This document shows, one piece after another, positions 18,448-29,100 of a stretch of DNA of 42,487 nt. The notes below the pieces were generated by a model. That model made no database searches, was not told the origin of the DNA, and saw only the letters and a program-made list of their open reading frames with translations. Both the position numbers and the translations under genes were made by a program. This DNA is from a virus. Taxonomy: Duplodnaviria; Caudoviricetes. The stretch covers positions 1 through 42,487 of IMG/VR virus record IMGVR_UViG_3300020161_000275. One strand, written 5' to 3'. Within the stretch, counting starts at the first letter, position 1. Each line of letters opens with the position of its first letter.

Positions 18448-18500
18448 AAAAAAGCCTTGCACTGATTATATAGCATTTCTGCTAGCAGTGCAAGGCTTTT
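18448..18500 (-). terminator. Long hairpin terminator ending the Cys-rich/chaperone transcript
   Basis: 15-bp perfect inverted repeat (18450-18464 / 18486-18500), inner TAGCA-GAAA-TGCTA stem, followed by a U run on the minus strand. Confidence 0.7.
18465..18493 (-). promoter_or_regulatory. Sigma70-type promoter for GT and carbamoyltransferase, nested in the hairpin
   Basis: TTGCAC (18493-18488), 17-nt spacer, TATAAT (18470-18465). Confidence 0.7.
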
Positions 18501-18516
18501 CTGGTTTTAGATCAGA

Positions 18517-19158
18517 TTATAGTGATGGTGCTGTTGGGTAAGGAATTTTCCAGTGATCAATATTAGCATACTTGGTTTTTACTGATTTCAAAAATGCCGC
18601 ATGGGTTTTGATAGATTCGAGCTTTTCTCCAGAATATTTGCCGCTGCTGACAGCATTATCATAGTCTTTGGCTTGGCTATCTATAGATGACATGAATGCA
18701 TCCCTAGTTAGAGCATGTACTCGATATCTTGGACGTATCCAAGAATTGGTAGCACGATCATATCTTAGATCATTGACATAAAATGGTTGATCTAAAGCTC
18801 CTTGAAAATCATCATAGTGATATTCCCAAGTTTCGCCTGTTGATAACGTTTCTTTATAATCTGGTACTTCGCTGTGCTCATATTCGTGTGTTATATGGGC
18901 AGCTTCCCAAGTATTGACTTCTGCATCCATGACTATTTGAAAATGTCTTTCAGCAGCCAATTGAGCATCGGTCAATTTAAAGTTTTCGATATCTTCCAGA
19001 GAATCGCTTTGTTTCTCCAAAGCAAATATAGAGCCATCATTGTTCATTCTAACCAAAAGATAGCGTTTGCCTGTATAGACACAGTCAACAGTGGTATTTT
19101 TAGTAGTAGCTGTCTTGTATGGCTCATCTGGCAGTACTGTCGTAAATGGTTTGTGCAT
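18517..19158 (-). CDS. Probable tail-fibre assembly chaperone-like protein
   Basis: Follows fibre-like genes; helical C-terminus ending HWKIPYPTAP resembles the W/Y-P-x-x-P tail of fibre assembly proteins. Confidence 0.5.
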   Translation of the reverse strand: MHKPFTTVLPDEPYKTATTKNTTVDCVYTGKRYLLVRMNNDGSIFALEKQSDSLEDIENFKLTDAQLAAERHFQIVMDAEVNTWEAAHITHEYEHSEVPDYKETLSTGETWEYHYDDFQGALDQPFYVNDLRYDRATNSWIRPRYRVHALTRDAFMSSIDSQAKDYDNAVSSGKYSGEKLESIKTHAAFLKSVKTKYANIDHWKIPYPTAPSL

Positions 19159-19160
19159 CG

Positions 19161-20153
19161 TTACCTCGCAATAAAGTTTATTCTTACTAATCCTAGTCCG
19201 CCGCGGAATCCAGTGCTTCTTACGTCACCGCAGGGCGTAGCTGGTATACCACCAAACCCTACAGGCATAAATGGCATACATCCTTGTACATCATAGCATC
19301 CGCAACTGCGTGTATGCTGTGAATAGCAGGCAGTCCAAGGAATGCCTCTGGCAGGTTGTGTAGTAGCTAGATTTACAGCCTGACTAAATTGATGAAATCC
19401 CATGCCTGACCATTCACTAAATCCGTTGTCAGCTTCTGTACTGAATGTAATCACTGTACCATCGCAGCTGAACATCCCTGGGGGTCCAGCAACGTGATAA
19501 TGTGTAGAGCATGGACAGTTACTATAACAGGTCCAGAAAGTCACACATGAAAAACCACCGCGTTTATTTATGTCGCCGCCGTAGGCTTCTGCACAACATG
19601 ATCCTGTACCTGAACCAAAGTTACAGATGATTCCACAGGTACCGTTTGAATAATTTGTATTGCAATAGTTAGCACCAACGAAACAGCAGAATATTACTCC
19701 GCTTGGATTACAGAAGGTTAGCCCTCCTCTTCCACCTTCAGAACAGAGGCAACCGTTTATAGCAGCTCCAGTTCTAGGATTACGTCCGTACCAGCATACA
19801 CAAGATGCTTCTGAGCAACCTCTAAAGCATAGTGTATCAGTGTTATTACATGAACGTCCTACGTATCCGCAGATATAATCACCAGCATTTACACAGATAC
19901 ATTTACGACTCCATGCTGAAGGATTTCCTGGAACTCCGTGACCGCAGCAGCACATTTTTGCACCGCTGCCGCCAGCACCCCAAACGTCAAGGACGACTTG
20001 ACCCTGTGAGCAGGCAATCCAACAGAATCCGTTGACAAAATTAGTATATTCTGTGCCGGGTGAATAGGCCCATACTCGGCCTTTTTCTAGATTAGATTCA
20101 TCCCAATCGATTTGATCTAATTTTCTTGTTACGAGTGTTTTTAAATCAGCCAT
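19161..20153 (-). CDS. Cys/Gly-rich fibre-tip-like protein, paralogue C (33 Cys of 330 aa)
   Basis: NLEKGR, WGAGGSGAKMCCCG..PGN, GGRGG, GGD.N, CGCY..QGC, GG.G.VRI; Cys counted by hand. Confidence 0.75.
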   Translation of the reverse strand: MADLKTLVTRKLDQIDWDESNLEKGRVWAYSPGTEYTNFVNGFCWIACSQGQVVLDVWGAGGSGAKMCCCGHGVPGNPSAWSRKCICVNAGDYICGYVGRSCNNTDTLCFRGCSEASCVCWYGRNPRTGAAINGCLCSEGGRGGLTFCNPSGVIFCCFVGANYCNTNYSNGTCGIICNFGSGTGSCCAEAYGGDINKRGGFSCVTFWTCYSNCPCSTHYHVAGPPGMFSCDGTVITFSTEADNGFSEWSGMGFHQFSQAVNLATTQPARGIPWTACYSQHTRSCGCYDVQGCMPFMPVGFGGIPATPCGDVRSTGFRGGLGLVRINFIAR

Positions 20154-20154
20154 G

Positions 20155-21405
20155 TTAGTACGATGTGCCTCCTTCCGCTGGTATAAATTTAATTCTCACA
20201 CCGCCCATGCCGCCACGTCCTGCATGATCTCTAACACCCGGACATGGGAGAGCAGCACTTCCAGGCACGCCTGTCGGCATGTAGTTCATACAACCTTGCA
20301 TTTCATAACAACCACATGATCGTTGGTTATTCCAGCAGGTAAAATATTCTTGATGACTTGGCCAACGTGCCATGGTTTTCAGTGCGTTAAACTGCGCTGC
20401 TAGTGCGCCACCGCTCCAGTTTGTCTGTGGAGAGTCGTTTTCAGCGGTATAGGTAAACACTCCGCCTTCTTCGTTGAATCTACCAGCTGCCACAGGAACA
20501 TGATACTGATACATACATGGGCAGGTCTGTAAACAGGCCTGGAAAGATGTACATGAAAATCCACCGCAGCAGTTGAGATCACCACCGTAGCTACAGGCCA
20601 TAAAACCTGCATTACCAGCCCAGTCATTGGGGTGCCAGTTACAGATCATACCGCATGATGAACGAGCAATATCGCACATGTTGTGCTGTGATGATATTGG
20701 AGTACCGCACCATCCGCTGGTTCTAAAACAGGAGTATGGAGATTTATCATCCATACAGTAGGAAATACCTCCACGTCCGCCTTGAGCACAGATACAGCCA
20801 CGGTCAAAGTTTCCACCTAGGCGTCCTGGTAAACAGCACTGGCTGAGATTACAGCAACAGTTTCCGCCGCCGCCTGCGTTACCACAGGTCATACCACCAT
20901 CTGCATGTTGATTACACATGATAGCAGCATTAGTACCGCTGATTGGCTGGCCGTTGTTAGAACCCCAACCCCATGGATTGTTTCCTCTCCAAGATGATTC
21001 CTCTCCGGGAATAAATCCGCCTTCATATAAAGGATGATGTGAGCAACCAAACCAACATACGCAGCTAGCTTCAGAGCAACCTCTGAAACACAGTGCTGAT
21101 GAGTTGTTGCAGGAACGACCGATGTAGCCACAGACATAGTTGCCTGATACTACGCAAAGGCATTTCTTTGTATATGCAGGTGCATTCCCTGGAAGTCCTG
21201 CACCGCAGCAGCACATCTGTGCTCCTGATCCTGCAGCTCCCCATACTTCAATAATCGCACAGCCAGTACCTGGAGCACGCCAACAGAAACCATTGCAGAA
21301 TGCTGCATACATGTTTCCGTCTGTGTAAGCCCAGATTCGACCTTTTTCTAGGTTATCTTCCCAGGCTAGCTCTCTGTTACCTAATAATTGTGTGAGTTTT
21401 GCCAT
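20155..21405 (-). CDS. Cys/Gly-rich fibre-tip-like protein, paralogue B (42 Cys of 416 aa)
   Basis: Same motif series as its neighbours plus an insertion of about 70 aa. Confidence 0.75.
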   Translation of the reverse strand: MAKLTQLLGNRELAWEDNLEKGRIWAYTDGNMYAAFCNGFCWRAPGTGCAIIEVWGAAGSGAQMCCCGAGLPGNAPAYTKKCLCVVSGNYVCGYIGRSCNNSSALCFRGCSEASCVCWFGCSHHPLYEGGFIPGEESSWRGNNPWGWGSNNGQPISGTNAAIMCNQHADGGMTCGNAGGGGNCCCNLSQCCLPGRLGGNFDRGCICAQGGRGGISYCMDDKSPYSCFRTSGWCGTPISSQHNMCDIARSSCGMICNWHPNDWAGNAGFMACSYGGDLNCCGGFSCTSFQACLQTCPCMYQYHVPVAAGRFNEEGGVFTYTAENDSPQTNWSGGALAAQFNALKTMARWPSHQEYFTCWNNQRSCGCYEMQGCMNYMPTGVPGSAALPCPGVRDHAGRGGMGGVRIKFIPAEGGTSY

Positions 21406-21406
21406 G

Positions 21407-22435
21407 TTAGTAACCGCCTCCTAATTTAGCACAGTTCTGCATGTAAGCGTTAGAACCTCTATAAGTCAATCTAATAGCTCCATGCCCGCCACGTTTACCG
21501 TGATCTCTAACATCTGGACAGGGATATGGAGGAGCGCCAGCTACGCCATAAGGCATAAATGGCATACAACCAAACATTTCATAGCAGCCGCAGCCCTGAG
21601 TCGATGCATAACAGGTTGTCCAAGGAATACCTGCTGTAGGTGAACGACTGACAGCGTTCAGTGTATGAGCATGCTCGTGTAGACCAGCTCCTGACCACTG
21701 TGTGTATTCTGGATCTTCTTCAGCTTTTGATGCAATAACTCCACCTTCTTCTGAAAATATACCAGCAGCATAAGCAATGAACTGGTGTACATAACAGGGT
21801 CTAGGATTACCTGTGTCGCAGAAGAAATGTATGTAGCTGATACAGCCGCAGCAGTTGACATCTCCACCGTAGCCGCAGGGAAGAAATCCACCAGAGCAGT
21901 GATTACAGATGATACCGCAGTTTGAAGCGCCCGAAGTAAATTGTGAATTACAGAAACCTGCTGCACGGAAGCAACAGTAGGCATTAGTACTGGTAGAACA
22001 GATAGATGTACCGCCGCGTCCACCTTGTGCGCACATACAACCGTTGGTGTTACCGCAGAGGTCTCTAGCGTTGAACCATCTCAGATAAGTTGGAACACCG
22101 CAGCCCGAGAAACATAAATCGTGTGCATTGCAGGCCATTCCTGGACAGGCACAGATCGCCGATCCGCAGAACACTGCAAGCATTTTCTTTGAATAAGCAG
22201 GAGCATTTCCTGGTAGACCAAAACCACAGCAACACATTCTAGAACCACCGCCGGCAGCTCCCCACATTTCAATTTCTAATGTGCCACAACCCGGGGAAGT
22301 CCAACACCATAAGTGGTCACTACGTATACAACTATACATAGTGCTTGGTGAAACTACATAGACTCTGCCTTTTTCGAGGTTTGTCTGGTTCGCTGTGATC
22401 TCTCTAGTCGATAGTAGATCAGATAATTTTGGCAT
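21407..22435 (-). CDS. Cys/Gly-rich fibre-tip-like protein, paralogue A (34 Cys of 342 aa)
   Basis: NLEKGR, WGAAGGGSRMCCCG..PGN, GGRGG, CGCYEMFGC, RGGHGAIRL. Confidence 0.75.
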   Translation of the reverse strand: MPKLSDLLSTREITANQTNLEKGRVYVVSPSTMYSCIRSDHLWCWTSPGCGTLEIEMWGAAGGGSRMCCCGFGLPGNAPAYSKKMLAVFCGSAICACPGMACNAHDLCFSGCGVPTYLRWFNARDLCGNTNGCMCAQGGRGGTSICSTSTNAYCCFRAAGFCNSQFTSGASNCGIICNHCSGGFLPCGYGGDVNCCGCISYIHFFCDTGNPRPCYVHQFIAYAAGIFSEEGGVIASKAEEDPEYTQWSGAGLHEHAHTLNAVSRSPTAGIPWTTCYASTQGCGCYEMFGCMPFMPYGVAGAPPYPCPDVRDHGKRGGHGAIRLTYRGSNAYMQNCAKLGGGY

Positions 22436-22448
22436 TTTCTATTTCCAA

Positions 22449-22775
22449 TTAGGGACCAACAAACACCCAACCAAAGGTCGCACCCGAGTAGATCATAGTA
22501 ATCGCGGCGTTGTTTAAGTTCAGTGTCAAATCTTCTGTGAGATTCTGTATTTTTTGACCGTTTCTAGCGATCGTCACGTTGTTTAGACTAAATGTTCCTG
22601 CAACGTCAATGATCTGCACAGTGTCACCTTCTGAAGGTGAACTTGGTAAAGTCAAAGTAAATGCGCCGGATGTGGAATTAGCGAAAATTCTTTCGCCGGC
22701 AATTATTGATGTGGTAGTAGTCAGCGTTCTGTTAGTTACGCCTTCTGCTCCAAAGGATGATACTTGTCGTCCCAT
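22449..22775 (-). CDS. Small fibre connector/shoulder-domain protein
   Basis: TSGAFTLTLPSSPSEGDTVQIID...NNVTIARNG..I...DL.L......GW, a common phage fibre module; AGGAG RBS. Confidence 0.7.
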   Translation of the reverse strand: MGRQVSSFGAEGVTNRTLTTTTSIIAGERIFANSTSGAFTLTLPSSPSEGDTVQIIDVAGTFSLNNVTIARNGQKIQNLTEDLTLNLNNAAITMIYSGATFGWVFVGP

Positions 22776-22794
22776 TTTATTTTATCTCCTAGTA

Positions 22795-23115
22795 TTATGA
22801 TGTTGTAGTTTCGATACCAAAGGCACTGGCTGATACGTTAGCGGTATTTGCATAAACAACGATGTTTTTGCCCGCATTCATCATTATACCAGTTCTTTCT
22901 AATACTCCATTAGCACCTATCTGTGCATCATATTCAATATATTCTGCGTTGGTAGGCGATGTTGAAGCTGCTAGTGCTACTCTTACGGTGGCCGTAGTCG
23001 TTCCTCTATTACACAGACTGATGCTGCACACTGTGAAAGTGCTGCTGGGTACTGTGTATAATGTTGTGTTGGTCGCTGCCGCTAGTGCTGATTGACCTAA
23101 TAATCCTGTTGCCAT
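22795..23115 (-). CDS. Small beta-sandwich virion adaptor protein
   Basis: TTLYTVP...SISLCN...VRVA...YIEYD..I...LERTGI pattern; similar to 37510-37842 and 42200-end. Confidence 0.7.
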   Translation of the reverse strand: MATGLLGQSALAAATNTTLYTVPSSTFTVCSISLCNRGTTTATVRVALAASTSPTNAEYIEYDAQIGANGVLERTGIMMNAGKNIVVYANTANVSASAFGIETTTS

Positions 23116-23129
23116 TTATCGATTCTCCA

Positions 23130-26100
23130 TCAATTGTTTAGTAAGAAATAGTTGAGTACTAAAGCATCTCCAACGATACCGCCTTTGAAGTTTACTTTTG
23201 TATTTATGTTGATCTCAACATTTGTAGTTGTGCTAATTGACTGCCCAGCTATGTAGATCACGCCCGCTGTAAGGGTGTTTACGTTCAAGCTAGAACCACC
23301 ACCACCAATTTGGCTGGTAATATAGGCTTTGATAGCACGTTGTGTTGGTATTACTGAGTCAGAATCCTGTGTAAAGAACGGATCTGTTGAGAATTCTGAA
23401 ATTGTAGCGCCAGAACCACCTAGTGCTACAGATCCCAAGCTCAATTCGTTCAATCCTGCTACGTTAAACGCATCAGCATTCAAGGTAGCAACACCAGTAC
23501 TCTGTTCAACGTTGAACAACCCACCAACTCTGAAGTTACCGTCTTGGTCAGTTGATGTATAGAAAACACGACCACCGGAAGACTGTACAGTTTCATTAGC
23601 TGGTATAGGGTCAGTTAGAGGTAGTCCTGGATAGTTAGTATTGGTAAAATCGCCAGTACCGATATCTAGGAAATCGTGACCTGTTAGTCGAACCTGTGAG
23701 AATCGTCTACGTATAGTAGCTACACTCTCATGTTCTGGTGCTTCTAGACTGTTGATCACTGGACTTAGTTGTAGTGTAGCAGTGTAATTACCTGCAACAC
23801 CTGCAATATTAGTCACGTTGACCAGTTTATAATAGACATCGTCGATGCCTGCGATAGAAACGTTTGAACCTGCGATTGGTAGATCTGTTAGTTCTTTGAA
23901 TCCTACAAAACCACTGACCTGATAATTGTCAGCGTATCCATCGCCTGTGACTATAGCTGATGCCGCAGAATAGTTAGCACCTCTATTAGTAAATGTTGGC
24001 TGACCTAGAGCCCCGTTGCCAAGACGCACAGTAAATGTAGCATCTGGCCCGGTGTTGTTAGGATCAGTGATAGTCATTGTAGGTGCTTCTGTGTAACCAG
24101 AACCAGGTTCTGTAATCCAAATTTCTGCGATTTGACCGTTGCTGACATAGGATCTTGCAATAGTTTTGCAGCCCTGTCTTACAGCTAGAACTCCTTGAGA
24201 ATCTTTACCGAGAACGATCCATTTTGGATCTCCGAGGTAATTACCGATAGCACTGGCTACATATTCCTTGCCGGTTCGTGCTAACATACTTCCGCTGCCC
24301 GATGTCAGTGTTCGATTAGCTCCGCCTTTTGTAGTCGAAATAGTAAACTGTGTGGAATTCTTGATACTAGTGATATAATACTTGGTATCTTCAAATCTCA
24401 CTCCGCCAAAAATTTCAGCACCTGTGGAATCTCTATCAAATACTATAATGTCATTGACATTGAGATCAGCAGTACCGCTGGTAGTAGTCATTAAATTGCT
24501 ATTCAATTCAAAATTGTTAGAGCTAGCTGTGGTTGTTCCTCCAGTAGCTAATGCCACTAGTCTTTCATTGCCATAGGCAGCGGTATTCCAATTAGCTGTA
24601 GCGGTCAGTGCTGGGCCTTCAACCCAGGTTATTCCATCTTCTGAATAGGCTGTTCTGGTAGAATTGTAGGCAAATGCTGTAAATGCATTACCGCCGTAGA
24701 CTACTTTAACCCAACGTGCTGCTGCGCCAGGCATAGTTGCAGCAGTCCAAGATGTGCCGTTAGTTGAATAAGCTGCTTTGGTAGTAGTAGTTGTTGTATT
24801 TCCTGCCACCGCTACAAACTTACCGTTACCGTAGGCTATAGAACTCCAAACATCACTGCTAGGCATGCTTGCTGCAGATGTCCAAGTAATACCGTCTGTG
24901 GAATGACTGGCTATCTGGCTTCCTGAAGTGTATCCAGTGACAATTACATAACGATAGGTAGCGCCAACTAGACCGTAGGCTATCGCACTGTTTTCTGTGC
25001 TTCCGCCTGCGATTGTTGCATTTGACCATGCTGCTGTTGGATCTGAGGCATACTGTACTCTAGCACTAGATCCAGATATACATACCCATTTATCACCGTA
25101 GACTACATCAGTCCATGTTGCTAAAGGTGAAGTAAATGCATTACTGAATGAAGTCCAAGATACTCCGTCTGTGGAATAAGCAATATTCCTACTGTCTTGT
25201 ATAACAGCAACATATCTATTGGTGCCGTTGTATGCTATAGCTGAATATGTGTATGTTCCGCTAACAGTAGGTAATGTTACCGCGGACCATGTTTCGCCGT
25301 TGGCGCTGGAAGCACCGTAAGGAGCTGAACTGTTATCGTGACCCACAGCTACAAATTTTGATCCGGTCCAGATAACATCTGTCCAATAACCTGAATTTGG
25401 CAGAGTTCTTGCTACATATCCTGCGTTGGTATCTTCTGCGGTATTGGTGATATCTATATAAGCATAGGTATTATCACGCAGCGTCCAATTCTTACCGTCA
25501 TAGGATGTGGCTGCGATATCACCTATGGCAGTAGCATAGAACACTCCTTGACCGTAGTTTAAGGCATTCCATTCTGCGATCGCAGGCAGTGTTGATTTAA
25601 TCCAAGTAATGCCGTCGAATGAATAAGCAGCCATCGCTGCGTTATCAGCGATTGCTACGAATCTATTATTACCGTAGGCGATATCTACCCAGTTTGATTC
25701 TGAGGAATCGTCATTGGCTGGCAATGTTGCCACAGTCCATGATGATCCAGTTGTTGAGTAAGCCACAGAGTTTGAGAAGTTACCTTCTACTACTACGAAT
25801 CGTGTTCCACCGTAGGCTATGGCTTTAGCTCCGCTGGCAATGGTGCCAGAGGTCCATGATTGGCCACCGTTGCTGCTCAATGAGCGGAATGTTGTGCTGG
25901 AATCACTCTCTGACACAGCGACAAATGTACCATTACCGTAGACAACGTCGCACCAATCTGCTACTTCGCCTAATGTGGTCGAAGTCCAGTTTACACCGTC
26001 TCGACTCCAGGCAGCTGCGCTGCTATTTCTAGCCACAGCTACGAAGTAACTGATGTTGTTGGCAGCGCCGTAGGCTATAGCAGTCCATTCTTGCGAACCC

Positions 26101-29100
26101 GGCATAGTCATAGCATTCCAACTTACACCGTCTAGGCTCCAAGCGCCTTGATTAGTGCTCTTAGCTATTGCAACATATTTTGGTGATACAGCATCGCCAG
26201 TTATTGTAACTGCTTGAATAGCACCTGTGTTGCCGACCTGTGTCACTGTGATAGTGATATCATTAGCTGGTGTTGTTCCGCCGACTGCTGTGCCTAAAAT
26301 AGTTAGAGTATTTCCTAGTACATAGGACACTCCGCCAGCGAGTGGAGTTACTGTATACACTCCTCTTCTACGAGTCACGTTAAATGTTGATAAAGAACCG
26401 CTACCACCGGTTGCAAATAATCCGGTATAGGCAGCATACCCATCACCGTAGATAATGTCAGACCAGTCTCGGCTGGCTGGTAAGCTAGCACGAGTTTTAG
26501 TAAATCCTGGGGAGCTAAAGCTCAGTCTAGGAGTAATCTGATATCCTGTGGTCACATCTAGAGCTGCTTCAATAGCTGTACCTGCTACAATATGATCCCA
26601 ACCTGCTGTACCGTCACTTTCTTTGAATACCGTGGCTACCTTAGAGCCTGCGTTATATGTGCCGATATATCCATATTGACCTGCACCAGTACCTGCTGTT
26701 AGATAGATACTCATACCTACGTATGCTGCTGAGCTATTTGTGTCAGCAGCTGCGATGGTTATCTGTGTGGTGTTACCTGCCTGTGCTACGTTACCGGCTG
26801 TGATATATCCAGTTCCACCAGGACCTGAGCTGTCGCCCGGATCGGTTAGTCTGACCTGGAATACTGCGCCGTCTCTGATTTCGTCGCCTCTGGTTGCTGC
26901 TGATGCTCCTGCTCCAGATATAGTATAGGTAGCTGAAGAATATGCGCTACCTGCATTGCCGTATTCAAGAGCTAGAATCTGATCACCGTCAACTAGAACA
27001 TTTCGAATATCAGCTTCTGAGTTTTGATTATTGATCTTACCAGTAATCGCAGTTTCTGTAACGTCAACACCTTCTGCCACAGAACCAAAAGTACCGTAGG
27101 AGTTATTACCGTTTGTAGCACGGATCTTACCGCCGTTTTCTGCTAGATAAGCTATGTGTGCATAGTATGAGAACACAGAAACAAGCTCTGCACGTCCTAG
27201 GTTAGTTACCCAAGCGCCAATACCATCTGAGATAACCTGTGTGAAGTCGTTGCTAACTATAGAATCGTTGCCGCCTGCGTGTAATGAGCCGTCAATCTTT
27301 TGACCTGTAGCTCCAATACCAAATGTTGTTACGTTCTGTACATAGGTTGATTTGTTAGTTACCCAAACACGAGTGTCATTTGGTCCCCAGCCTGGATCTA
27401 GAGACACATATGCTCCTGCTCGAGGACGACGTGTGCCGAACTCATTTGCTGGTAACAGTCCATCAGCATGGTAACCTGTTGTATTACCGTCTGAAGAACC
27501 GTCTAATCCTGTGACTGTCATGTTTCTTACGCCGCATCCATTGCGAACTAAGAACATGTTTTCTAGTTTAGAACCTGTTAGGGCGTTCCTATAATAACGA
27601 GCAGCCAATGTAGACTTATAGTTACCTGTGTATATTAGATCGTAGCTGATAGCACGAACATAATTTCTTACATCATTTTGGCAACGTGTTGAACTATAGT
27701 ACCAACGCACAGTCATTGATCCAGAAGCTGTAGATAAATCTACCGGTGTTCCTCCAGAGGTCAATGAAACTTTAAATGTCGTTGAAGTTAGTCCGCTAGC
27801 TAGAATGTAGTAGGTGGTATTTGTGCTGATTCCGCCAAATACGGTACCCGAAAATCTCACAGTATCTCCAGCTACCATCCAAGTCTGAGAACCGCAGGTA
27901 AATTGATCTGTGGTACTGCCTGTAGATGCTGTTACAGTAGATTTAAATGTGTTATCGGCATAGGCAGTGGCTTCTGCTGCTAGAAAATCTTCGTTTAATT
28001 CTAATATCTTTCCAGCGTTGATGATGTTTAGATCTTCAGTAGGAGAATTAGTACCGGTGATAATTGGCTGTGTGCCAGTGTTTACATAGGCAATTATGTC
28101 GTCCCATATTATATCTGCGGTCACTACTGCACCAGCTGCAACAATCTTACGTGTCTTAGCGCGGATGAAATCTAAAATGTCATCGGTAGCTGCTAATTGA
28201 TTAGCAATAACTAATTGTGCAGAGCTTGTTCCTCTACGATATGCTAGACCTGCTTTAATGCTAGCAAAATTTGCCCCAAACATCAGATCATACCCCAGCG
28301 CATCTACGATATATCCTACGTCTCTTGAGCAGGTAGTTTCGTTGAACACCAGTGTTGGATATTCGCGTTTGATATAATTCACTGCATGGCTCTGGATTTC
28401 GCTTCTAGCAGAATTTAATCTAGTTCTTGCATCTAGTAGAGTAGCATTTACCCAACCTGTCCCAGGTGCGCTGAGTGCAGGCAATGTACCTGCATTGGTT
28501 ATAGTGTCGATGATATCTTGGACACGAGCCTGAGCAAATGTAGCAGATCCGGCTGAACCAGCTGTACCTGCTGTATTTTGAGACACTGCATTTCCAGTAC
28601 TTGGAGTTACTGCAGTTTCTAGGATTACCTGTCCGACTACAGTTTTTAGTCTAACATAGGCTGCCAACGTAACTGTGGTTTCTCCTGAGCCTAGAGTTGA
28701 TTCTCCATAAGAGAAATAAGCATCAGCGGCCACGCGAGTTTGATAATTGCCGCCATAGGTTAAATCATATTTGATAGCATCAATGATTAAACCAACATCT
28801 CTTTCACAGGTCACTGTGTTATAATAGAAACTCACAGTCATTGAACCTGATGCAGTCAATAGTTCGACTGCGTCACCGTCTGTGGTTGTTGAAATCTTAA
28901 AATGTGTTCCATCAACTACTTCATTGACATAATAAGTAGTTCCTGTTGACACTCCACCAATAACTGTGCCTGTAAATCTAACTGGTTGCCCTACGTACAT
29001 CCATGCGGTAGCGGTGCATAAAAATTCATCAGTAGTTTCGTCTGAAGCAGTGACAGTGGTAGTATAGGTGCTGGTCACAAACGCAGTGATTTCTGCTTTT

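Noticed and set aside
18434-18476. Longer ORF-track starts at 18476, 38974, 4953, 4931 and 3126
   Set aside because: They extend into promoter or hairpin elements; downstream ATGs have an SD or the recurring promoter spacing
19161-22435. Diversity-generating retroelement explanation for the three paralogues
   Set aside because: No reverse transcriptase and no near-identical template/variable repeat pair differing only at adenines
15671-22435. RiPP or antibiotic biosynthetic cluster
   Set aside because: The Cys-rich ORFs are 330-416 aa fibre-like proteins, there is no precursor peptide, protease or transporter, and the context is phage structural genes
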